From Macrostomum lignano (Eukaryota), in the NCBI GenBank assembly GCA_002269645.1, contig NIVC01001277.1, positions 182,970 through 246,969 on the forward strand: a stretch of 64,000 nucleotides of DNA. Reading direction: 5' to 3'. A model generated the notes under the pieces. It worked only from the letters and a program-made list of their open reading frames with translations, did not search any database and was not told the DNA's origin. Positions 53,201 through 63,240 of this stretch are shown piece after piece. The translations under genes were made by a program, and so were the position numbers. The first letter of the stretch is position 1. Every line of letters starts with the position of its first letter.

Positions 53201-56200
53201 CATGATTATGTGCCGCATGTGCCAGGGACCTCAGTGTGCACCATGATTGTGCACTAAAGACCCCTTGTGTGCACCTGAATTTTCCATGGCAAAGCCAGGA
53301 TGGAATTCTTGCTTGATAGTAGGAAAAATGCGCGCATGTTTTTGGAGCAGCGTGCAAGTGCGCACACTAGCTATTAAAATAAGTCATGATGCAGATCATG
53401 GCCCATGCAGCAAAAAATGAAATTTCTAGTTTTTCAATTCTATGCTGACCTAAATTAAAAAGTTGTACTTTAAGTTTAAAGTAGCTTAAATGCTATATTT
53501 TTTTTAAAGAAAATATTCTTAAAAAATTATAAGAGTTTTACTAAATTTTAAAGAAACTTTTTTTGCTAAAAACTATTATTCTTTGTTTTACTTTTGTTTT
53601 GAAATTTTCCGGCATAAAAACAATCTTCCGGACTATGAAAAGTAGAACTTGAGCCCGCATATACCACATGGCACTAGGGGTCCCAATCCCGAGATCCCAA
53701 GATCCCGGGATTCCCGGGATCCTGGGATTAGGGGTCCGAGATCCTAGTAAACACGGGATTGGAATTTACACTTTGCAGAAGTGAATATGTTTTGTCTTGC
53801 AGTTAGCACTTAACAGTTTTGGGAGAATTTTTGCATCCTGAGAATGAAGTTATAGAATGAAGGACAGTAAGACTATCATTCAACTCATTCAACTGTGTCA
53901 AGCACTACTAGTCACTAGACTAAGGGGTCTGACTCTAGTCTAGACTCTAACTGTCTAAGTGGCAATGGCCTGGACACTGGGCCCACTGGCCCAGGCCCCG
54001 CCGCAGTGCGCAGACGCAGCTAAGGAAGGGAAAGGGGAAATGGGGGTGGGGTGCGGACTGGGTTCTGAGTCTGAGTCTCTGTGTGTGTATGAAGTGGTCT
54101 ATGTTGCCGTTGGGGGTAGAGAGGCACCAGCGCAGCGTATATGGTCCTAATCCAAGGGGAGAGGGTGTAGTTTAGTGTGTATGTGTATGTACAACTAACA
54201 ACTACATGTAACTTCAACTATTTTATCAATGCAGTTCTACTTGTATAAGCTAGAAATAGAAATTAGAAACCTAGAGCCATTCCATATAATTGTGGTCGTA
54301 ACATGACAGACTATTTTTACTTATAAAATGAAATCTAATAATAGAATATACTAAACCAATATTTTGAATGAAAGATTATTTTGTCAAGAATATGTTTATA
54401 AAGTTTCATATAGATATCATCATTAGTATAGATGTTATTAAACCTTGAATGGCACTTATGGTCGTAACAACAGGATTTTTGACATATAGAAACTAAAAGA
54501 TAAAAGTCTTATAAAATTTTTCATTTTTGATATTTTGCAATAATTTTTTTTTTAAATTTGACTAAGAACATCTTTAGAAGTCATACTCTTTTATTAGAAT
54601 ATATAAACTCAAAAAGGCAACAAAGATACAAAAGAAAAAGCAGCCTTATGGTCGTAACATTATGGTCGTAACATATTTTTTCTGTCAATTCAGTAACTTT
54701 GAAGTACTAATATATTAAAAATATAATAGATTATATGGTTGCTAATGTTTTTATCTGATGATGCAAGTACTATAATTTTATATATAGTTTGTTTTAACCT
54801 TCTAAAGCTTTCTATTTGTTTTTAAAAGGTACATAAACTTAATGATGTCTTTTGCTTAGAAAATGTCCAATTTTTTACAAAAATAACTTTTTGCCAATTA
54901 ATAACATACTAATCCAACATTTTATCATTTATTTTTTCTTAGATTGTATACATTACATACAAAAAAGATTTGGTAAAAAAAATGGCTGATAAGGCAATGA
55001 CAAGCAAAAATATTGACTTTTTTCTTTTTTCCAAATATGTCCATCTTATATGGAATGGGCCCCTAAATGATGCTCAAATTGGTTGAGAAATTGTTTTATG
55101 GACAATGAGAAAGCTTCCTATAAATTTTTTTGTTCAATCAATCCTGGGATTGGCCCGGGATCCTGGGATTGGGTCAATTTTTTGTCTAGGATCCCGGGAT
55201 TGTAAAATGTCCAGGATTTGGGACCCCTACATGGCACATAACCATGTTGAATGCCATAGTGTAGATCATGTAGTGCACGCAAGAATTTTCCCGCGTGCAT
55301 TTTCAAAAGTGGCGTGCACCGGCATGTGATTAGGTAAGTGGCATGCATTTGGCATGCATAATGCACACTACATAAATACACTTGCGTGCCTGGCGTGCGC
55401 CGCGTGCCTGGCACATGATGTGGCAAAGCTGCCAATGCAATGGTAAGCAAACATAAAATATGTATTATTGTATTTAGCTTTTGAAAAAAACTATTGTAAA
55501 TAAACAGTGTATAAGACTGTTAAATAAACTAATGTATGAGAAATACACGTTTTTAAAGATATATCATTTCTTTTGTACATCGTTTGTTGCTTTGTTTTAC
55601 ACAATGCAATTTAAAATACATTTTTACATATTTAAAATATGTTTTAAAATATGTAGGCATGCATCGGCGTGCATTTGCTTGTCGTCGGTGTGCTTTTGGG
55701 AATTAGCTTTGGGTTGTTTCTCGCGTGCACTTAGCATGATCCACACTATGCCACTATGGGTTGAATGCATGTAAAAGTCAAATCCTGTCTGTGATTCTTC
55801 GGCAAACAGCTTCTTACGCAGTGCATACAATAATCAAGCGCGCACACACCTTCTTTAAGAGCGCGCAAGTAGGCTTCTTTTCAGCGCGCAAGCGCGCACA
55901 AATTTGACAAGCACGCACAAACACGTAACAACTTTTGTGCAAGAATTCCATCCTGGTGGCAAAGGCCACCTTCCTGACTATGGCAATAACCATTAAAATT
56001 GGTGATTGCATTAGAATTCTCCGATTGGTGAACTTAACACCCTTAATTTTGTGCTTGATTAAAAAAATAAAAATGCAATCTTCTTGACTAGGCTATGGGC
56101 ATATGGGCATATGGCCCTGGCTTTCTGATCCTGAGTGACTATTATAGTGTAAACATACATGGATAGACACGGGATCAGATATATTGACAATAACAACTAT

Positions 56201-56422
56201 ACAACATCATTGTATAGCTATTTTCAGGTAATTATTTGCAAAAACATTTCGATTTTAAATTTCAGTTAGGCCTACTAAAGTAAAGTTAGAAAATAAATCA
56301 AGTTAAATGGAAAGAATACTCACTTCATGGACTTGCTTTTGAACAGCTGAATCTGCTGTTTTCGATTGGTTTAAGAGAATAACCACTTGTTCTAGGCTTG
56401 CTGGATCGGGATTCCAGGACAT
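38138..56422 (-). CDS. TNPO1: Transportin-1 (karyopherin beta-2); join(56422..56324,51309..51237,50174..49789,48838..48548,48025..46974,44753..44365,43892..43797,42766..42691,40183..40009,38245..38138), about 914 aa
   Basis: The exons translate colinearly with TNPO1/2: [150 protein letters not shown]. All nine introns are GT-AG with matching phases, and the total of 2745 nt is divisible by 3. Invertebrates usually have a single TNPO1/2 ortholog. Confidence 0.95.
38275..39989 (+). repeat. 25-bp minisatellite GAATGAGGATTCTCAATGGGGATTT filling transportin intron 9
   Basis: About 65 copies, with 13-bp internal duplications. Confidence 0.98.
40009..40183 (-). CDS. TNPO1: Transportin-1 exon 9
   Basis: [21 protein letters not shown]...DLKEMFHK|GTAAAC. 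Confidence 0.93.
40438..42575 (+). repeat. 42-bp minisatellite GATGTTGGCTAGATTAGCAATCCATTCTATTCCTTCATCAGT, about 51 copies, in transportin intron 8
   Basis: Seen directly. Confidence 0.98.
42691..42766 (-). CDS. TNPO1: Transportin-1 exon 8
   Basis: [26 protein letters not shown]|GTACTT. Confidence 0.92.
43085..43510 (+). repeat. About 54-58 bp degenerate minisatellite (CGCCGATATGTAGTGTAGACAACTTTACAGATAGCGATT...) in transportin intron 7
   Basis: About 8 copies. Confidence 0.9.
43797..43892 (-). CDS. TNPO1: Transportin-1 exon 7
   Basis: [31 protein letters not shown]|GTGAGC. Confidence 0.92.
43990..44330 (+). repeat. 30-bp minisatellite GATCATAACAATGGGATCTGAGGATTTAGG in transportin intron 6
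   Basis: About 11 copies. A related degenerate GATTTGGGGATCAT array lies at about 44820-45145 in intron 5. Confidence 0.93.
44365..44753 (-). CDS. TNPO1: Transportin-1 exon 6
   Basis: [10 protein letters not shown]...[15 protein letters not shown]...GEISIRL|GTTTGT. Confidence 0.92.
45858..46230 (+). repeat. 20-bp minisatellite CCCTATCTCCCAGTGTCCCT in transportin intron 5
   Basis: About 18 copies. Confidence 0.96.
46236..46900 (+). repeat. 21/23-bp ATGATGAGAACAG-based minisatellite with an about 67-bp higher-order period, intron 5
   Basis: Subunits ...AGAGTGAGAG, ...GGGTGAGACAG and ...ACTGAGATAG alternate. Confidence 0.94.
46974..48025 (-). CDS. TNPO1: Transportin-1 exon 5 (includes the H8 loop)
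   Basis: [18 protein letters not shown]...[10 protein letters not shown]|GTGAGT. Confidence 0.95.
48083..48530 (+). repeat. 20/21-bp minisatellite GGGGTCATAGACGGGGGACAC filling transportin intron 4
   Basis: About 21 copies in a 522-bp intron. Confidence 0.95.
48548..48838 (-). CDS. TNPO1: Transportin-1 exon 4
   Basis: [12 protein letters not shown]...[12 protein letters not shown]|GTAGGC. Confidence 0.93.
48875..49752 (+). repeat. 32-bp minisatellite GTGAAGATCGAGACAACAGGTATTACTG(A/G)TGA filling transportin intron 3
   Basis: About 27 copies in a 950-bp intron. Confidence 0.96.
49789..50174 (-). CDS. TNPO1: Transportin-1 exon 3
   Basis: [15 protein letters not shown]...GHRNAK|GTGAGC. Confidence 0.93.
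50240..51010 (+). repeat. 22-bp minisatellite CCCTAATCCTTAAAATCCCAAG in transportin intron 2, split by a MITE
   Basis: Seen directly. Confidence 0.95.
50686..50857. mobile_element. 172-bp foldback MITE, probably hAT-derived
   Basis: About 70-bp imperfect inverted arms (50695-50760 and 50783-50850), termini CAT...ATG, and an 8-bp direct repeat TCCCAAGC at 50678-50685 and 50858-50865. Confidence 0.85.
51237..51309 (-). CDS. TNPO1: Transportin-1 exon 2
   Basis: TTTTAG|[24 protein letters not shown]|GTAATT. Confidence 0.9.
52896..55983. mobile_element. Non-autonomous DNA transposon (outer element, 8-bp TSD class: hAT- or P-like)
   Basis: Perfect 19-bp TIR CCATAGTCAGGAAGGTGGC at 52896-52914 and 55965-55983. 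Flanks are CAATAATC and CAATAACC (7/8 match). No transposase ORF is evident. Confidence 0.85.
53675..55229. mobile_element. Non-autonomous hAT-like element nested in the outer transposon
   Basis: 12-bp TIR TAGGGGTCCCAA, a perfect 8-bp TSD CATGGCAC (53667-53674 and 55230-55237), and clustered subterminal GGGATCCC/CCCGGGAT motifs at both ends. Confidence 0.9.
56324..56422 (-). CDS. TNPO1: Transportin-1 exon 1
   Basis: [33 protein letters not shown]|GTGAGT. Confidence 0.88.
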
Positions 56423-57443
56423 GATAACCATTGCTGTTGATAAAATGTAAAAGTAAGGAATGAAAAATTTTTAGGTCGTATAAAGAGAGAATAAATTTTG
56501 AATATCTTATTTTACTGTTTAAACAAAATGGTCGAATTTATTGTTTTATCAATGCAAAAAAGGGTTATTGAACTTGCAGATATTTTACATTATATTTATA
56601 AACACAAACTTTTCTTGAAAATTTTATTCTATAGTTTTTTACTAGTAACTAAGATGTCTTTTCCCATTTTAAAATACGATCATTGGTTCGATTTTTATAT
56701 ATTGCTAAAAGTTTTAAGCTGTGGTTTATTTCAGTTCAATCATTATAGCATGTTCATTTTTACCGGATATTCAATTGCGCCATCTACTTTAATGCTGTAT
56801 TTTTCTTCATTTATAGCTCTTTTGTATTAGTTTTGATCAAACTGTTTTTTTAAATGCTCTTTCTGATTGGATTCGTTTGTTGACCATGCGCCATGCGACA
56901 TTTGAGCATAGGAGCGAAAATCCTTGAGACTTAAATTTATATTATTTGTTATTTTATTGCTAGAATATCAAATGGGCATGTATGCATATGATTGTTAGTT
57001 CTTACTAGCCCAACAAATATTTTTATTCTACATCTCCGAATTCATCATAGAGTTGAGTTCGATTTGAATTCATTAGGCTAGCTTAGAGTCCTTACTCTCA
57101 GTTTAATAATAGGATCTTAGCAGGAAATTGCAATTGATTTGGTAAGGAAATCAGGGGAAACATTTGCATTTTTGTACCAAACGTAAATAATGTGATATAA
57201 ATAATATATCAGAGCTTCAGCATCTTTTTAGGGTTGAAATTAACAAGTTGTTTTATGAAATATATTTTTAATTTTTTAGAAGCTGGCAGCATTTAAAAGA
57301 TGTAACAGACAAATTTTTTTTATTATCATTCAATAATAAGCTTTTTATGCCTTTCTGTCGAGTACTAAAGTGCACACTATAATTAATAATTTTACAACAC
57401 AACCTTTCAGCAAAGAAGCCCTTAAGACAACCAAAAAATCGCC
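56423..57443. promoter_or_regulatory. Probable bidirectional promoter region shared by transportin-1 and tektin-2
   Basis: The divergent start codons are 1.02 kb apart across AT-rich sequence. TSS positions are unknown. Confidence 0.5.
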
Positions 57444-57857
57444 ATGGCAACAGAGACAAAGCCAAACGCCAAGTATCAGCCAGTGGACTGGTTCACCAAC
57501 GCGTACGCGATTTCGTCTAACGCCGAGCGCCAGCGAGAAGCCTCCGATCAGGTGCGCCAGGAGGCCCGATTCCTGCGCAACGAGACCGACAACAAGACCA
57601 AATGGGACCAGAAGGACAACAACACCCGTCTGGCCGACCGCGTCGATGTCATCCGCAAGTGGAAGGAAATCCTCGAGCAGACTTTGGGCGACCTTGATGC
57701 CGAAATTTCCAAGCTGAGCGAGTCCAAGGAGCAGACCGAGGAGGCTCTGGAGCGCAAGAACCTGCCCACTGACACCGTCAACGAGTGCCTGACTGTTCGT
57801 GACGGACGTCGAAGCATCGACAACGTTGAGGACGAGATCGAGCAACAGCTGCGCAAG
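57444..57857 (+). CDS. TEKT2: Tektin-2 exon 1
   Basis: Ends QQLRK|GTTAGT. Confidence 0.93.
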
Positions 57858-59832
57858 GTTAGTCATGGTTTCACCGTTTTCTCAACAAAGTACATGTATC
57901 AATAATTTGCTAACACACATACTGTTAGTAGCTCGATTGAGTTATATACAATGCCTATTGCTATCGTCTAGGAGCAAGAGGTGATCGCCAAGGCCAAGCG
58001 CAATCTTCAACAGAAAGTTGACGAGCAGTTCGAGCAGCTGTGCGTCCTGCAGGAGGCCCGCCAGCAGATCCTGGCCGACCTGCAGAACAAGAACATCGCT
58101 CTGGGCATCGACATCGACCAGTACAATCTGAACGAGCAGAGCCCCAACATCTCCTACAAGCCGAACCCCACCCGGGTGCCCAAGGGCAGCACAACCCCGC
58201 AGCAGTGGGAGGACTTCAGCCGGTACAATGTGGACAGGGCCAAGGCCGAGATCGCGTCCAGCGGCCGCCTGCGCGAGGCCGCCCACCGGACCATCCACGA
58301 CACGGACAACGACCTGGAGTCCCAGCGGCAGGCCAGCGACTACGCGCTGAGGAAGCGACTGCACGAACAGGAGCAGGTGAGGCTGAGGGGATCGACACTG
58401 CATCATATTTGAGTTCAATGCTCAAAACTTTGAAATCATCTCGTAAATCTTTCATCCGAGCTTTCTATCTCCAAACTCTTCGTCCGAATGTCTGTAACAA
58501 AAATTTTCCTGTCAAAGATTTTAAACTCGACCTCTTAAACCCATCAACAGGCCAAGGACGAACTCGAATGGCAGAAGCAGCAGACTGAGGACGAGATCGC
58601 CGAACTCGAGCGAGACATTCGCGCCCTGGAGGAGGCCATCAAAGCGAAGATTCCTCCAGCTAAACTGGCCGAGACTCGCCTGGAGAACCGGACAACCCGG
58701 CCGGGCGTGGAGCTGTGCCGAGACGCGGTGCAGTACGGCCTTACCGACGAGGTGCAGCAGATCAAAGCCAGCAAAGACGCTCTCTACGACAAGCTCAAGC
58801 AGGCTCGGTATGCCTTAATTATGCTTCTATTTCTTAGCTACTAATAGTAGATTTGTTGCAAATTATTATTTAAAAAAACACTTAATCTCACCTGCACTTT
58901 AAAAAGAGCTGCCGGTCCGGTAAGTGGATCAGTCAGGAGAAAATAGAACTCATTTTGAGAGAAGGGGGGAGGAGGAAGATCGAGGGGGGGGGAAGAACCC
59001 GAGTTTCTCGGAAAGAGGAAAGCAATGTCTAAATGAAGATGAGCACACATCAGCGCAGCACTGTAGATTACTTGCTTGGACAGAGTGAATCCGAGCAAGA
59101 GAGGGAAGGCATGAACTTTAGCCGCAGTGCAGCAGCTGTTATCGACGAGAAGCGCCAGGATTCGAAAATTGCTCGCCCAAGATGAGCCAAGGAGATCATT
59201 ATTCTCGCTCCGGTTTGGGTTTGAAATTGAGATGGATTTGAGCAGCTCAGGGCAGAATGAAAAGGATATGCGAATAAATGATGTCGGTGAGAAGCTGGAA
59301 GATAAAGTCGACTTGAAACACAAATAAATATTTAAATACAACAGGTAAATACATTCACATTGACTCCATCGACTCAGTCATCTATCCTGCGCTCAACTGC
59401 ATCGACTCAGTCATCTTTCCTGCACTCAACTGCATCGACTCAGTCATCTCTCCTGCACTCAACTCCAACGACTCAGTCATCTCTCCTGCACTCAAATCCA
59501 TCGACTCAGTCATCTTTCCTGCACTCAAATCCATCGACTCAGTCATCTTTCCTGCACTCAAATCCATCGACTCAGTCATCTTACCTGCTCCGACTCCGTC
59601 ATCATTCTAAGCCCTCCACCCTCGCCTCCAACCCCTCAGGCACAACCTGGACGGCCTGCAGAAGCAGCTGGACCGAATCAACGCTGACCTGGCCGAGAAG
59701 ACCAACTCAATCATGCTCGATAGGCGCACGGCCGACGTTAGAAACCGCCTAGCAACCAAGCCGATAACTCAGACCGATGGCAACATGCTCAAGACGGGCA
59801 TCACCCGTGAACGGAGCAAGGTGTTGGCCTGA
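57444..59832 (+). CDS. TEKT2: Tektin-2 (tektin B1); join(57444..57857,57972..58376,58551..58807,59640..59832), about 422 aa
   Basis: MAT...DWFTN...QREASDQVRQEARFLRNET...NLP...ECLTVRDGRR...SPNISYKPNPTRVPKGSTTPQQWEDFSRYN...RPGVELCRD..QYGLTDEV...NSIMLD matches the TEKT2 subfamily, including the tektin nonapeptide. GT-AG phases are 0, 0, 2. Confidence 0.94.
57972..58376 (+). CDS. TEKT2: Tektin-2 exon 2
   Basis: TCTAG|EQEVIAK...HEQEQ|GTGAGG. Confidence 0.93.
58551..58807 (+). CDS. TEKT2: Tektin-2 exon 3
   Basis: AACAG|AKDELEWQK...RPGVELCRD...KLKQA|GTATGC. Confidence 0.93.
59378..59585 (+). repeat. 33-bp minisatellite CATCGACTCAGTCATCTTTCCTGCACTCAAATC in tektin intron 3
   Basis: About 6 copies. 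Confidence 0.94.
59640..59832 (+). CDS. TEKT2: Tektin-2 exon 4 (stop)
   Basis: CCTCAG|HNLDGLQKQLDRINADLAEKTNSIMLD...SKVLA-TGA. Confidence 0.9.
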
Positions 59833-60347
59833 GAAAATGAAGCAAAATGACGAACTCCCTTGACAATAACGGAACAACTCAGACTAAATGTTGCACTTTT
59901 ACTCTGCTGCTGAGGTGTTTGGTCCAATTTATTTTCACTTTTGAAAATATTACCAGATAATTTAGTTCAGATAAACAAAGAAAGATTGTTTTGTTTGAGC
60001 AGAAAGTAAAGCCTATTTCTCAAAGTTTTCCTCAATAACTGACTGTTCTTGCTTCTTTTTTTCAAGTTTTTCCTTTCCTCTCCGATCGCTTCTCCTTTGT
60101 TGCGGCATTATCTTATCTGATGGATTGATACGCTTGTATTAGCTAGCGGGCTCAATTAGCGATATAAAGGACAAGATGTACTTAGTGTACAAGTCCGCAC
60201 ACAACAATGTAATTTTAGATTACAGTAAAGCTAGTTGTAATGACTTGTGGGCTGGGTAGATAATTGAGTCTGACGGTGTACCGTCTACTGCCACCCCCGT
60301 TTTCGCCCTGTTTTTGTCTGTATGAATTTAATAGTTAAAGTTGTCAA

Positions 60348-60353
60348 AATAAA
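60348..60353 (+). terminator. Candidate AATAAA polyadenylation signal for tektin-2
   Basis: About 515 nt after the stop codon. Confidence 0.45.
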
Positions 60354-60449
60354 ATTTATAACTATGCGAGGCTTTAATTTGTCTGCTAAGTGCGTCAATA
60401 TAAATAATATATGGTTGAAATTTATTGGCTGACATTACCTGCTCATTTT

Positions 60450-61135
60450 AAACACAACCCGTCTCTTTTCTAAACACAATCCGTCTCTTTTCTAAACACA
60501 ATCTGTCTCTTTCTAAACACAATCTGTCTCTTTCTAAACACAATCTGTCTCTTTTATATACACAATCAGTCTCTAAACACAATTCGTCTCTTTTCTAAAC
60601 ACAATCTGTCTCTTTTTAAACACAATCTGTCTCTTTCTAAACACAATCTGTCTCTTTCTAAACACAATATGTGTCTTTTATAAACACAATCTGTCTCTTT
60701 TATATACACAGTCAGTCTCTAAACACAATTCGTCTCTTTTATAAACACAATCCGTCTGTTTCTAAACACAATCTGTCTCTTTTATAAACACAATCCGTCT
60801 CTTTCTAAACACAATCTGTCTCTTTTATAAACACAATCTGTCTCTTTTATGTACACAATCAGTCTCTAAACACAATTCGTCTCTTTGTCTTTTCTAAACA
60901 CAATCTGTCTCTTTCTAAACACAATCCGTCTCTTTCTAAACACAATCTGTCTCTTTCTAAACACAATCTGTCTCTTTCTAAACACAATCTGTCTCTTTCT
61001 AAACACAATCTGTCTCTTTCTAAACACAATCTGTCTCTTTCTAAACACAATCTGTCTCTTTCTAAACACAATCTGTCTCTTTCTAAACACAATCTGTCTC
61101 TTTCTAAACACAATCTGTCTCTTTCTAAACACAAT
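60450..61135 (+). repeat. 21-bp minisatellite TAAACACAATCTGTCTCTTTC, about 32 copies
   Basis: Seen directly. Confidence 0.96.
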
Positions 61136-61689
61136 TAACCCACTCTGTCTGACTGTCTCATTTCCATTTTATCTGCACCTTAAGCTCTCACCTATCTTAA
61201 AACTCCCTTTGCCATTTAAAATTACCTATACCAAGTCCACCTTTCATCGCCAATTCCCTCCCACACACCTTCCAAAGTCTGCAGTTGCCAGCGCGGAGCA
61301 TTGAATTTCGCTCTATATGCGAGTATAGTGCACTAATGGCTCTCATGTATGCTTCTGCACCAATCTCTTCTTGTTAAATCGTGGGTTGAATATTAGTATT
61401 CCCGAAATCATTTCTGATTAGAAATCTTTAGAAGAGGTGAGGCATGAACAGAAATTGCAATCTAGACTTTGAATACATTCTGCCTGCGGCAATAGTAATC
61501 CCTATGGCGATCGCCCCATCAAGTGCTTGTTAATCTGTGCAGATAAGGAGATTGGATAAAGGGATTAATTTGCTATAGATTAAGTAAATTAAAAATTCCT
61601 GTGTATATTTCAAAGAATAAACAAGAGCGCTCAGTATTGTGTTTTTGCATTGAAATTAAGGACGCTGATCACGATTAATAAAATTTATC

Positions 61690-61795
61690 TAACAGCCCTT
61701 CAACACTCAACTAACAGATATCTAACAGCCTCGAACACTCAACTAACAGATATCCAACAGCCTCGAACACTCAACTAACAGATATCTAACAGCCC
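61690..61795 (+). repeat. 32-bp repeat AACAGCCTCGAACACTCAACTAACAGATATCT, about 3 copies
   Basis: Seen directly. Confidence 0.88.
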
Positions 61796-62225
61796 TCAAA
61801 TTCAGACAAGAAATTCATTAACAAGACGCCAACAGGAAAGCAATTACAGAAATTTCAGCAGTGCACGCAAACAGTTTTGCTGGAGTCTCCCGCAATTACG
61901 AGTCGCATTTCTTCTGCTCATCTCTTCCCCACTGCATTTCCAACCTCGCCATTGGTTTGAAAACTGGGGCTGCTGGCTTCAACGTAGCGACCAGCGACCC
62001 AATGGCCGCAGAGTCTTCACTGAGTAGATCATTATAGGGTCATGTTCAGCCTTCAGTTTGCATTGGGAAGACGAATCCAGATATTGCAAAACGGCTTAGC
62101 AGAAGAAGAATTTTATATTTTATAATTTTCTCCACGATCTCCCTGCAAACATTTTACAGAGAATTCTGCCCATGTGCCAATCCAACTGACTGTGTGAGTG
62201 CAACTGCTGCTCTTTGATGGACAGA

Positions 62226-62621
<396 letters not shown>

Positions 62622-62863
62622 GAGTTTCAATTTTCCCTCAAAGCGCGGAAAGCTTTCGGGCCCGCCAGTTTGTCCCGGATTTCGCTCCTTTGTCGGGTCC
62701 TCGAACTGGGTTGAACTTTTCTGTTCCTCTCTCTCAGCTCTGCTGCAATATGTTAGTCTGAAAATCGTGTCATTGTTTCTCTTTCTCTACTTCAAAGAGT
62801 TTATTCCCGGCAACTATTCGGAAATTAACAGGTATTCCTGGCACATTCAGAAAGGGGCCCAAT

Positions 62864-63240
62864 CCCAGATCCTCAGTTGCTGGGCCAGCCTCCCAGATCC
62901 TCAGTTGCTGCGCCAGCCTCCCGGATCCTCAGTTGCTGCGCCAGCCTCCCAGATCCTCAGTTGCTGGGCCAGCCTCCCAGATCCTCAGTTGCTGCGCCAG
63001 CCTCCCAGATCCTCAGTTGCTGAGCCAGCCTGCCAGATCCTCAGTTGCTGAGCCAGCCTGCCAGATCCTCAGTTGCTGGGCCAGCCTCCCAGATCCTCAG
63101 TTGCTAGGCCAGCCTCCCGGATCGTCAGTTTCTGAGCCAGCCTGCCAGATCCTCAGTTGCTGGGCCAGCCTCTGAGATCCCCTGTTGCTGAGTCAGCCTC
63201 CTAGATCCAGTTGCTGGACCACAGCCATCCTCCCAGATCC
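62864..63240 (+). repeat. 28-bp minisatellite CCAGCCTCCCAGATCCTCAGTTGCTGGG, about 13 copies
   Basis: Seen directly. Confidence 0.95.

Noticed and set aside
53918-55070. Possible third nested element bounded by TAAGGGG...CCCCTAA
   Set aside because: The inverted match is only about 6 bp, with no convincing TSD.
58700-58730. Tektin nonapeptide variant RPGVELCRD instead of RPNVELCRD
   Set aside because: A single substitution in a motif known to vary among tektins; not remarkable without an alignment.
57345-58774. Minus-strand ORFs over tektin, and plus-strand ORFs over the gypsy pol and transportin exon 5
   Set aside because: Antisense shadows of GC-rich coding sequence.
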